64,000 bases of DNA from contig CAWKMU010000003.1 in NCBI GenBank assembly GCA_963850905.1, forward strand, positions 672,001 to 736,000, in the 5' to 3' direction. The notes under the pieces were generated by a model, which did not search any database, was not told the DNA's origin, and saw only the letters and a program-made list of their open reading frames with translations. The stretch is from an uncultured Gemmatimonadales bacterium (GTDB lineage Bacteria; Gemmatimonadota; Gemmatimonadetes; Gemmatimonadales; Gemmatimonadaceae). Position numbers and translations under genes: made by a program. Of the stretch, positions 31,148 to 40,498 are shown one piece after another (the stretch's first letter is position 1; every line of letters starts with the position of its first letter).

Positions 31148-31745
31148 TCTCCGCACCCCGCTCAACGAGGCGGACGTCCGGCAGTTGCAGCTCGAGGACA
31201 CGGTGTCCATCGACGGCATCATCTATGGGCTGCGAGACGCGACGCAGATTCGGATCTTCGACGAAGGCGTCGACCCGCCGACCGATCTGACCGGCGCGGT
31301 CTGCCTCCACACCGCGCCCGGCGTTCGCAAGTTGGCTGACGGGACCTACGAGAAGATCTCGATCGGCACGACGACCAGCGCGCGCATGGATCGCTTCGTT
31401 CCAGGCTTGCTCGAGCGATACGGCGTCCGCGCGATCGTCGGGAAGGGCGGACTGCTGCAGGGCAGCGTCGATGCGATGGCCCGGGCCGGAGCCGTCTATC
31501 TCGCGATCGTCGGTGGCGCCGCCGCGCTCGAGACGTTGCAGATCGAAGCGATCGAGCAGGTCTGGTGGGAAGATCTGATGCCCGAATGCCTGTGGCGATT
31601 TCGGGTCAAGGCCTTTGGCCCCCTCATCGTCGCGATCGACGCACACGGCAACAGCCTCTATCGCCGCGTCCAGGACCGCGCCGCCGAGCGTATCAAGGCG
31701 TTGCAAGACGCTCCTCATCGCGACGGGCAGGCCCTGGACCGGTAG
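31134..31745 (+). CDS. Class I fumarate/tartrate-type hydro-lyase, beta subunit
   Basis: LRD, GTTTSARM, IVGKGG, FGPLIVAIDAHGNSLY. Confidence 0.92.
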   Translation: MTHTNLRTPLNEADVRQLQLEDTVSIDGIIYGLRDATQIRIFDEGVDPPTDLTGAVCLHTAPGVRKLADGTYEKISIGTTTSARMDRFVPGLLERYGVRAIVGKGGLLQGSVDAMARAGAVYLAIVGGAAALETLQIEAIEQVWWEDLMPECLWRFRVKAFGPLIVAIDAHGNSLYRRVQDRAAERIKALQDAPHRDGQALDR

Positions 31746-32387
31746 GGGCGACGCATGGTGTCGGCCGCCCACCCGCACGCACGGGGTCCGTCGCCACCTA
31801 CCCGTCTGGCCCTGGACCGGTAGGGGCGACGCATTGCGTCGCCCTGCATCACCGTCCGCACACCCCCGTGATCGTCAACGTCGTCGCGCCGGCAGCGGAC
31901 GACGCATGGTGTCGGCCGCCCACCCGCACGCACAGGGCTGCTGCACCACACCACGCACCTGGCCTCGGACCGGTAGGGGCGACGCATTGCGTCGCCCTGC
32001 ATCACCGTCCGCACGACCCCGTGATCGTCAACGCCGTCACGCCGGCGGCGGACGACGCATGGTGTCGGCCGGCCACCCGCACGCACAGGGTCGCGCGCCA
32101 CACCACCCACCCGGCCCTGGACCGGTAGGGGCGACGCATTGCGTCGCCCTGCATCACCGTCCGCACGACCCCGTGATCGTCAACGTCGTCATGCCGACGG
32201 CGGACGACGCATGGTGTCGGCCGCCCACCCGCACGCACAGGGCTGCTGCACCACACCACGCACCTGGCCCTGGACCGGTAGGGGCGACGCATTGCGTCGC
32301 CCTGCATCACCGTCCGCACGACCCCGTGATCGTCAACGTCGTCATGCCGAACGACGGGCGACGCAATGCGTCGCCCCTACCGGTCCA
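31730..32387 (+). repeat. REP/BIME-like tandem array with a 152-153 bp unit, ending in an inverted REP
   Basis: GTAG-REPs start at 31742 (degenerate), 31820, 31973, 32125, 32278; inverted REP at 32356-32380. Confidence 0.95.
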
Positions 32388-32428
32388 ATGACGGTCCGGT
32401 GACGAACACCGGACACCATCTAGGCCGA

Positions 32429-33019
32429 ATGACCCGACACACCCATCGAGACCGACGCCGACGCTCCGTCAGGTTGCCGGGGTACGATTACGCTTCGGCC
32501 GGAATGTATTTCGTCACCATTTGCGCACATGAACGCGAGTGCCTGTTCGGTGAAGTGCAGGACGGGCTTGTTCGGCTAAGCAGCGTAGGAGAGGTCGTCG
32601 CGTCGGCGTGGCGTTCTATGACGGAGCACATTGCGATGGCTTCTCTGGATGCGTGGGTGGTGATGCCAGATCACTTGCACGGCATTGTCGCCTTAGCCGG
32701 CACGCCTCCTTCACGCCGGGTCGCACTGGCGGCTTGGCGAGCCACGCATGTCACACCAAGAGCTCAGGTACGACACAGGAAATGCCCGGCAGGTCCGCCT
32801 GCCAGGTCGCTGGGAGCCATCATTGGCTCATTCAAATCGGTCACGACGAAACGAATTAACGTGCTGCGAGGGACACCCGGACTCCCCGTCTGGCAACGCG
32901 GATACCACGAACACGTCATCGGCAATGCAGCGGCATTGTCCACGATCCGGCAATACATCGCGGAGAATCCACTGAGGTGGACGCTCAGGGCAGGTCGCCA
33001 AACCGCATTGCCGTCGTAG
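32429..33019 (+). mobile_element. REP-associated tyrosine transposase (RAYT, Y1 HUH family)
   Basis: RRSVRLPGYDY..GMYFVTIC; VMPDHLHGI (HUH); IIGSFKS; WQRGYHEHVI; YIAENP (catalytic Tyr); flanked by inverted REPs; no tnpB. Confidence 0.93.
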
Positions 33020-33318
33020 GGAGCGACGCAATACGTCGGTTGCCCACCCGTACGCACGGGGTCCGTCGCCACGCTACCCGCCTGGCCCTGGACCGGTAGG
33101 GGCGACGCATTGCGTCGCCCTACATCACCGTCCGCACGACCCCGTGATCGCCAACGTCGTCGTGCCGAACGGCGGACGGCGCATTGTGTCGGCCGCCCAC
33201 CCGCACGCACGGGGTCCGTCGCCACGCTATCCGTCTGGCCCTGGACCGGTAGGGGCGACGCATTGCGTCGCCCTACATCACCGTCCGCACGGCCCGTGAT
33301 CGTCCACGTTTGTCGTGC
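33016..33318 (+). repeat. Right-flank REP array with the same 153-bp unit
   Basis: REPs start at 33016 (degenerate), 33096 and 33249; spacers match those of the left array. Confidence 0.93.
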
Positions 33319-33350
33319 GACCGACTTGACCTGCAATGTAGCATTAGTCG

Positions 33351-33806
33351 ATGCGGCGGGCCCTCGTTGCGTTCGGCTGCCTGATGAGCAGCGCCTGCAC
33401 ACACCACCTGCAGCCGGCGCCGGCATCTCCGCACTGTGTCGCCGACGTGCTGTACTTCGGCCGCAACATTGCAGGTGCGGCTCGCCCTGACAGCGCCGTG
33501 GTATCGCAGAGTGACTGGCGAGCATTTGTCGACGACGCCTTTCGCCGCTGGATTCCGACGGGGTCGACCGAAACCGATGCAACGGGACGCTACGTTGTCG
33601 ACAATGCGTCGGTCGCCGAATCGACGAAGGTCGTGACGGTCGTTCACCTGGCTATACCAGCTCTCGATGCGGGTATCGACTCCGTGATGGTCCTGTATCG
33701 GCGCCGGTTCAAGCAGGAGAGCGTGGGTCGAGTGCAGTCCGACGTGCGGTCGACGCTCTGCGAGTCGAAGCAACCAGTCGCTGCGCCGCCCGATCCGGCC
33801 AGTTGA
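33351..33806 (+). CDS. DUF3574-like lipoprotein
   Basis: SSAC lipobox; LYFGRN..VSQSDWRAFVD..DATGRY..ESTKV..YRRRFKQESV. Confidence 0.75.
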   Translation: MRRALVAFGCLMSSACTHHLQPAPASPHCVADVLYFGRNIAGAARPDSAVVSQSDWRAFVDDAFRRWIPTGSTETDATGRYVVDNASVAESTKVVTVVHLAIPALDAGIDSVMVLYRRRFKQESVGRVQSDVRSTLCESKQPVAAPPDPAS

Positions 33807-34148
33807 GTAGCGACCGCCGCCCGCTTCGTTGTCCGCTGGCGCTTGTCGGGGTGGGGCCGTTAGCCAACCTGGGCGCCGTCGCCGTCGTGCCGTTCCCAAC
33901 TCTCACATCCCGGTTTTGCCTTTCCCACGCGGATCCAGTCAGTACCAGCGCTAAGAATTGTTTCCGCCACTCGCGCCCGGTTGCGCCAGCCGTATTGTTC
34001 AGCCCGCGCATACTGTTGAGCTTCAACCCTCGCAATCTAGAGCTCGCCGATCGCCACCAACGTTCGACCATCACTGCCGAGGACGGAAGTCGTACGTCGG
34101 CAGGTCGCGGTACCCCAGGCCGTCGGATTCCCATTCTCGGTCGGAAGC

Positions 34149-34865
34149 GTGGCGATCGTGTTGGGACTCGCCGCGTTTTGGGTATGCAATCTCGTGGCGA
34201 TCCGACTGTATCCGACTGAATTCGATTGGCGGTACATGCCGCTCACGGGCCTGCTCTCGCCGCGCGACGATCCGGGCGGAGAGGCGTGGGCCAAGGCCGC
34301 CGTCGTGCTGTGCGGGCTCTCGGTCGTCATTTGGTCACTGGGCCTAGTCAGGGGATGGAGCCGCTCGGTCCTCGCCAGACGCCCTGTCGGTCTCTACGAG
34401 CTCGGCATTGGTGGAGCGATGATGGCGTGTGCGGGGCTGCTGCCCCTCAAGATCCCCGGGCTGCCGTTCGAGCATCAGATCACGTCGACGTTCGCGTTTG
34501 CGGGTCTCAGCGCCGGACTCGCCCGCCTGATGTTTCAGCTCGCCCACTCGAGTGTCGAGCGGAATACGCGAATCTCGCCACTCCAGCGGACTGCGTATGC
34601 GATGTTGTCGGCCGGCGTGATCATCATTCCGATCGTCATCGCCCTGTTCGCGGACGCCTACGTGTTTCACATGTACAAGCAGCTCCACTGGGTGGGGCTG
34701 GTATGGCGAGACCAGGGCGTCCCCGTCTACCTCAGCTGGTCGCTCTGGGAATGGATCACACTCGCGATTCTCTCGTTGAGCCTTGCCGGCCTCGCCGTCG
34801 CGGGCGACATCCGCGCAATGCGTGAGCGCCGCCCACCCGAGCTCCGAGTGTCCGCCGGCGATTAG
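34149..34865 (+). CDS. Hypothetical multi-TM membrane protein
   Basis: About six hydrophobic segments; YPTEFDWRYM, WEW; start uncertain. Confidence 0.7.
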   Translation: MAIVLGLAAFWVCNLVAIRLYPTEFDWRYMPLTGLLSPRDDPGGEAWAKAAVVLCGLSVVIWSLGLVRGWSRSVLARRPVGLYELGIGGAMMACAGLLPLKIPGLPFEHQITSTFAFAGLSAGLARLMFQLAHSSVERNTRISPLQRTAYAMLSAGVIIIPIVIALFADAYVFHMYKQLHWVGLVWRDQGVPVYLSWSLWEWITLAILSLSLAGLAVAGDIRAMRERRPPELRVSAGD

Positions 34866-36031
34866 TGCGACGCCATCCGCATCCCGCTCATGTCCGGCGG
34901 TGCACCAATCCCGAACGACTCGATCATGTCCTGCACATAGGCGTCGTTCGTCGGATCGACGACCGGCCAGCGATCGGGATGGTCCGGGATGAACATGCCT
35001 CCAATGACTCCCATCCCGCCGGCCGGAATCACGTGCCCGGTCGGATTGTCGTAGGAGGCCGTCAGCCGATAACGGTGCCCGGGTGTGATGTGCAAACCGA
35101 GTCGATGCCAGTTGTAGAACATCGTGATCGGCAGGTTGAGCACATGTCCGGCAGAGTCACGTTGCGGGACGACGTGCCAGAGGACCTCGCCGGTCGTGGC
35201 GTCCATGAAATCGAGCGCAGTGCCGTAGTCGTGCAGATGACCACCGAGGCCGACGATCGTGCCAGGGATGGTGGGACTCCCTTCGATACTCTTGGATGAC
35301 CGCCCCGGGGGCAGGTCGAATGATTTGAGGCTGTACGCCCGCCTGCCGACGGCGGCCAGCACATCGAGCGTCATCGGGAAACCACGAAAGAGCGGGAAGA
35401 GGGAGCCAAACATCCCCCCCGTGGGCCGGCAGCCGAACTCGAGCCGAGCGCGCACGCCTGGGTAAGCCGCCACGTTGGGATTGTGGAGCATGTCCCAGGC
35501 GATCAGTCGAGAGCCTTTCGAGATGGGCAACCCAAAGACGAGACGCGGCAACACCATCGCCGGCGTCTCCTTGCTGACGGCAAGGATGTGCAGCGCGAAC
35601 GGGATGAACAGGTCGCGGTGATCGGGGTCCGTCAGATCGAAGTGGTGCAGGAAGGTCTGCGGGAGCTGTTCCCCGTGTGCACCCACGACGACCGCTCGCG
35701 CGCTGTACGCCGTGCAGCTGGCCGGCATGACAGCCAGATAGATTGGCGAGGAGACCATTCCCTCCATCTGAGAGGTGGCCGCGGGCAGGTCAGTCGGCGG
35801 CAACTCGATCGTCAGGAGCTCACGGTCGGCGTCATAGGCGACCTTGGCCGGAACGAGCGACGCGATCGAGGGGATCGCGACGGCGCGGGCCGGGACAGCA
35901 GTCGTCTGCGCCTCGACTCGAACCCCCGCCGACACGACGAGGGCGGTCAATGCGACGACGGCGGCAACGCACACGCACCTCGGCGGCCGCCTGCACTCGA
36001 TCGGATGGACCTCATGGAACCTGACACGCAT
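34862..36031 (-). CDS. Secreted protein with PHM-like copper-ligand pattern
   Basis: Signal peptide; FLHHF, MLHN, GGHLHDYG, SYDNPT..GGMG. Confidence 0.6.
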   Translation of the reverse strand: MRVRFHEVHPIECRRPPRCVCVAAVVALTALVVSAGVRVEAQTTAVPARAVAIPSIASLVPAKVAYDADRELLTIELPPTDLPAATSQMEGMVSSPIYLAVMPASCTAYSARAVVVGAHGEQLPQTFLHHFDLTDPDHRDLFIPFALHILAVSKETPAMVLPRLVFGLPISKGSRLIAWDMLHNPNVAAYPGVRARLEFGCRPTGGMFGSLFPLFRGFPMTLDVLAAVGRRAYSLKSFDLPPGRSSKSIEGSPTIPGTIVGLGGHLHDYGTALDFMDATTGEVLWHVVPQRDSAGHVLNLPITMFYNWHRLGLHITPGHRYRLTASYDNPTGHVIPAGGMGVIGGMFIPDHPDRWPVVDPTNDAYVQDMIESFGIGAPPDMSGMRMASH

Positions 36032-36122
36032 GGGGCGGGCTCCGCGTGTGCGCTGACGTCGGTGCGCTCCAGTAGACCGCATCAAGTTAGCACGTTACTG
36101 GGGAGGCTGCCTCCCGCGCCAT

Positions 36123-36145
36123 CTCTCGGGCGCTTTAGCGCCCGC
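36123..36145 (+). repeat. Hairpin end of the heptamer-hairpin family
   Basis: CTCGGGCGCTTTAGCGCCCGC is the exact reverse complement of 24493-24513. Confidence 0.75.
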
Positions 36146-36149
36146 CCAG

Positions 36150-37698
36150 TCACCCGGTTCCCGAGCAGGCCTGTTGCACGTCGCTCAATGGCGCTCCTGT
36201 GCTGTCGCCGGTTGAGAGCGGATGGTCGTACAGCCGCACCTGCACGAAATGGAAGGCGAGCGAGTCCATCGTAGCGAACCGCCGACGGAGATAGTCGTCC
36301 ACGGCGTCTTGGCACCTGGTGGTCGCATTGTGACTGAGTACGACCCACACGCGCGTGGCATGAGCCCGAACCGCCGCGGCCGTCTCCACGGGCGTGCGCC
36401 AGGCAGGCAACTCGATCGGCGGCGCGGTGGGGCTGGCGACGGGCTCATCGAGCCGACGATACAGATCGAACGGGGCTCTGACGTAGGAAGCGACAAACAC
36501 CACGTAGTCGCCCGGTCGCGCGTGGCTCAGCACGTACGCCGTCGTGCGGCGCCAATCTTCATTCTCCAGTCCGCGGTAGTACCAGCTCAGGCTCCGCACC
36601 TGGGCGGCGACCAAGAGAGCGAATACAGCCCACGCGTAACGCCGCCGCCACAGTCGTGTGAGCGCTCCGGCTGCGAGGAGAACGAGCGGCGGCAGGCAAA
36701 TCGCCAGGTATCGAGGTTCGACGACGGGACGGAGCGCGAGCGACACACAGATCGGGATTGCCAGCGGCACGAAGAACCAGACGAGCGGCAGCGCCCATCG
36801 CCACGACGCGTCCGGTACCTCGCGGCGCCGCCACGATCCGAGTACCGTGACCGGGCCGGCGAAGAAGAGCACGCACAGTTCCAGCAGTCCCTGGCTCAAT
36901 GTCGGGTCGATGATCGACTGGCCAACCACCTGCAACCTGGCAGCAAGCCCGCTACCTCCGTACGAGATCCAGTCGAGGTTGTGATGGGGCTGCGCCACGA
37001 ACAGCGCGAGCGGCCATAACAATCCGGCGAACGCAACGCCGCATGCAACCACGACGCGGGTCGGCACGCGAGCAATTACCGGCGCCTCGCTCGAAGCGGG
37101 CCGCCATTCAGGCATGGGCACGAACAGCAGGACAATCCCCTGGGCCGCCACCACCAGCGCCGCGTAGAAGTGAGCGTACACCGAGAGTGTTGCGGCCACG
37201 ACATAGAGCGCCCAGGCCACAATGGCGCCGCGACCCGGCCGCTGTGCGGCTGCGCGGAGCAGCAGCCACCACGACATCGTCGTCAGGAGGACGACCAGCG
37301 CATAGCCACGCGCTTCCTGCGATGCCCAGACGTGGGCGGTGTTCAAGGCAAGTATGGCGCACGCCACGAGCGCCGTCGTCCGGTCGAAGAGGCGCACGCC
37401 AGTGAGGTACATCGCCGGGAGAGTCAGCACGCCCGCGGCGCACGACAGGAGTCGCACCCACGCCTCCCCTTCTCCACCAATGCGCACCCACCCGCGAAGC
37501 AGCTCGTAGTACAGCACCATGTTGGCTTCGCTTGATCGCATCATGTGCGTGAATGCGGCCCAGGACATTCGGGCCATGCTCAACGACAGCGCTTCGTCGA
37601 GCCAATAGCTTTGCGCTGCCAGAATGGTGCAGGCGGAGCACCGCTGCGACGCCACACAAGAGCCCTAGGATCGCCAGCGGCCGCCCGATCGTTCGCAT
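36150..37698 (-). CDS. GT-C (GT39/PMT_2-like) membrane glycosyltransferase, +1 frameshift near 37622
   Basis: LRLHH / LAAQSYWLDE junction; WVRLLS, SQEARGYAL, YAHFY, EDWR. Confidence 0.85.
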
Positions 37699-37889
37699 GG
37701 AAATGACTCAGTGCCTCGCACGTAAGGATCACACAGTCGGCAGCCAGCCGCCGTCACCGTGTGCTCGCGATGATGGCGCTTGCCTCCAGGAGCAATTACA
37801 CCAACATTTGCGAGCCCTGGAGCGCTCGAACCTCCTCTTTTAGCGCTCTACTCTCCGCGCTTGGCCGCCAGGCGGCCACAGGCCAACCT

Positions 37890-38468
37890 ATGACGGCCAC
37901 CGACACGACAGCGCTTGCGTTCCCCTTTACAATGACGCAACGCGATCGGTACCGCGTCCAGCGCGCTCTGTCGCGGCGATCGCGAGGGGCCCGGATATAC
38001 CAGTGGAGCTGCGTCCTGCTGGCAGCGCTCACACAGGTGATCGCGATCCTTCGTGCCTCCCGCCACCACGCGTCCATCGCCCTGGCCATCGCGGAGTGGG
38101 CACCGTATACGGTGTTCCTGATGCTGTGGGGTTTTGCGCTCATCCCCTTTTCCCAGTGGATCGCGGCCCGCCGACACATGAAAGTGCCGGCCATCCGCGG
38201 CGAGTGGACCTTCGAGATTCGGTCCGAGGGGCTCACCGCGCGCGGGCCGATGACGACGACGACGGTGAGCTGGGACGCGATTGAACGCGTGGTAGAGACC
38301 CCCGAATTCCTGTTGTTCTACTACGCGAAGAACTGCGCGTACTTCCTGCCGACACACGCGATTGCGACTGAGGCGGATATGCATGCGGTCCGCCTGATCG
38401 TCAGTGCCCACATGCCCGACCGCGTCCAATGGCGAGAGGAGCCGGCGGCCGAGGCGAGCGTGTGCTGA
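37890..38468 (+). CDS. YcxB family protein
   Basis: Two TM helices followed by WDAIERVVETPEFLLFY..YFLP. Confidence 0.75.
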   Translation: MTATDTTALAFPFTMTQRDRYRVQRALSRRSRGARIYQWSCVLLAALTQVIAILRASRHHASIALAIAEWAPYTVFLMLWGFALIPFSQWIAARRHMKVPAIRGEWTFEIRSEGLTARGPMTTTTVSWDAIERVVETPEFLLFYYAKNCAYFLPTHAIATEADMHAVRLIVSAHMPDRVQWREEPAAEASVC

Positions 38469-38544
38469 GCGTGCACTCGACGCCGATTCGAGCCGTCAGG
38501 ACGACAGCCGGTGCCCGTGGCCACGACATCCGCATGGCGTCTTG

Positions 38545-39018
38545 TCAGAGCCAGCGCCGCACCTGCTTTGTGTATGCGAGATACGGCGCGCCGAACTTCT
38601 GTTCGAGGTACCGCTCCTCACGCGCAATCACGACGCGGTGGGTCACGACTGCGGCCGCGACCGCCGTGAGCACCGGCCACAGCGTGTGGGCAGCCAGCCC
38701 GATCCCCGCGGTGGCCAGCGTCAGGCCCACGTACATCGGATTCCGCGTGAACCGGTAGGGACCGCGCAGCACCAGTGTCGTCGTCGGACGTGTCGGATTC
38801 GGCGTGGTACCGGCCCGGAAGAACAACGCGACGGAGCTCGCCATGAGGGACAGGCCGGCGGCGATGAGCGCATACCCAAGCCAGCCGCCGCCGGAACGCC
38901 AACTCGCGCCGACTGACAGCGGGGCCAGCCACTGCAGGAGCAGCCCCACGGCGACCGCGACCAGATAGATCGCCGGGGGAAACACCGGGACGTGCGCACT
39001 GTCGTCGGATGCTGGCAT
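38545..39018 (-). CDS. Isoprenylcysteine carboxylmethyltransferase/PEMT family protein
   Basis: LVLRGPYRFTRNPMYVG; REERYLEQKFGAPYLAY..VRRWL. Confidence 0.92.
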   Translation of the reverse strand: MPASDDSAHVPVFPPAIYLVAVAVGLLLQWLAPLSVGASWRSGGGWLGYALIAAGLSLMASSVALFFRAGTTPNPTRPTTTLVLRGPYRFTRNPMYVGLTLATAGIGLAAHTLWPVLTAVAAAVVTHRVVIAREERYLEQKFGAPYLAYTKQVRRWL

Positions 39019-39040
39019 CTGGGCCTCGCGTTGCGCGTGG

Positions 39041-40408
39041 TCAATGGCCCGCGCTGTTGACGTACACGGTTCCCTCTTTCATCACGAAGCGCACGCGCTC
39101 GAGCGCTTTGATGTCGGTCGTCGGATCATCGGCCACGGCCAGGAAATCGGCCAATGCGCCCTTTTTGATCACGCCGAGTTTGCCCTCACGTCCGAGGAGT
39201 CGCGCCGCATTCGCAGTCGCCGCCTGCAGGACCTGCACGAGCGGCATCCCGGCTTCGGCGTAGGCGTACAGGTTGTGCTTCGCCGCCGCGCCTTGTGGCA
39301 TGTGGAGGTCGAGGTAGTTGTCGGAGCCCGCGGCGATCGGTACGCCCGCCTTCATCGCCCGCCGGAGCCGGTCGTGCTCCGATTCCAGGAACTTTCCTAG
39401 CTGTGCCGATGTCGGTCGGTTGCCAGATGGGTCGAGTAGTGACATGTACCGATTCAGCGTCGCACTATCGAGATCGGTCGGGACGAGAAACGTGCCCTTG
39501 CGCGCCATCAGCGCGAGGGTCGAGTCGGCGACCTGATAGGCGTGCTCCACACTCGTGACGCCGGCCGTCGTGGCACGCCACACCGCGTCATCCAATGTCG
39601 CATGAGCGGCGACGCGCAGCCCGAGAAGTTGGGCCTCCCGGACGATCGCCTGCATCTCTTCGAGCGATAGGAAGCCGCGATTGGGGGTGTTGTTCGAGTA
39701 GATCTTGATGACCTGCGCACCGTAGTTCGCGTTCTCCGCCACGGCTTGCGCCGCATCATCCGGGCTCCGCACAATGCGGTACTCTTCCTCTGCGATCCCG
39801 TGGTAGCCCTGTTGCAAGCCAGGAAACTGTCCGCCCTCGGAGGCGAGGCCCGGCCCTGCCGTGATCATGCGTGGGCCGTCGACGCTGCCGTCCTCGATGG
39901 CCGTGCGCAGCGCCACGTCGCCGAACTGCCCGGAATTGCCCACGTCCCGTACCGTCGTGATGCCCGCGGCCAGGAAGGTTCGGGCTCGCGCCGCACCATG
40001 GAGCGCGCGCAGTGGCGTCCCCTCCATGATGACGGCTTTGGTGCCCTCCATCGTGAGCCCGGGCCCCACCCCTTCGAGGTACAGCAGATGCGTATGGACG
40101 TCGATCAGCCCGGGCAGCAGGGAGAGTCCGTGGAGGTCGATCACGTGCGCACCGGCGGGCGCGACCAGGTGCGGCGCAACCGAATCGATCACGCCATGCC
40201 GTACGAGAATGTCCTCCGGCCCCGACATCGTGCCGTGCTCGCTGTCGAACACCCGGCTCGCATGAATGAGCGTCGCGCCGGTGTCGCGCGGTGTTTGGGC
40301 AACCAGCGGTGCGGCGGCGCTCACCAAGCCAGTCAGCAACACAACGAAACCCGCGGCGAAGTGAGCCGAGGATGGAGGGAAGAACCAGTGCTTGGACGTC
40401 AGAGTCAT
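39041..40408 (-). CDS. Secreted metal-dependent amidohydrolase
   Basis: LPGLIDVHTH, GITTVRD, VIKIY, AAHA, VEH, AGSD. Confidence 0.92.
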   Translation of the reverse strand: MTLTSKHWFFPPSSAHFAAGFVVLLTGLVSAAAPLVAQTPRDTGATLIHASRVFDSEHGTMSGPEDILVRHGVIDSVAPHLVAPAGAHVIDLHGLSLLPGLIDVHTHLLYLEGVGPGLTMEGTKAVIMEGTPLRALHGAARARTFLAAGITTVRDVGNSGQFGDVALRTAIEDGSVDGPRMITAGPGLASEGGQFPGLQQGYHGIAEEEYRIVRSPDDAAQAVAENANYGAQVIKIYSNNTPNRGFLSLEEMQAIVREAQLLGLRVAAHATLDDAVWRATTAGVTSVEHAYQVADSTLALMARKGTFLVPTDLDSATLNRYMSLLDPSGNRPTSAQLGKFLESEHDRLRRAMKAGVPIAAGSDNYLDLHMPQGAAAKHNLYAYAEAGMPLVQVLQAATANAARLLGREGKLGVIKKGALADFLAVADDPTTDIKALERVRFVMKEGTVYVNSAGH

Positions 40409-40498
40409 CGGCGAATGCGTCGGGAAGAAGACGGGATTGTGAGCCGCGCGAGCACGGCAGGACCAACGGATGGAGAAAATAGCGGCCGCGCTACTTGC

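Noticed and set aside
31565..32402. Repeat-protein ORFs (for example 258 aa)
   Set aside because: Translations of the REP array in several frames on both strands, changing frame at the 152-bp unit.
32429..33019. IS200/IS605 element with TnpB or IscB
   Set aside because: No nuclease ORF adjacent; motifs and GTAG REPs fit a RAYT.
31730..33318. CRISPR array
   Set aside because: The sequences between the 25-bp palindromes are homologous to each other, not unique spacers; no cas genes; the neighbour is a RAYT.
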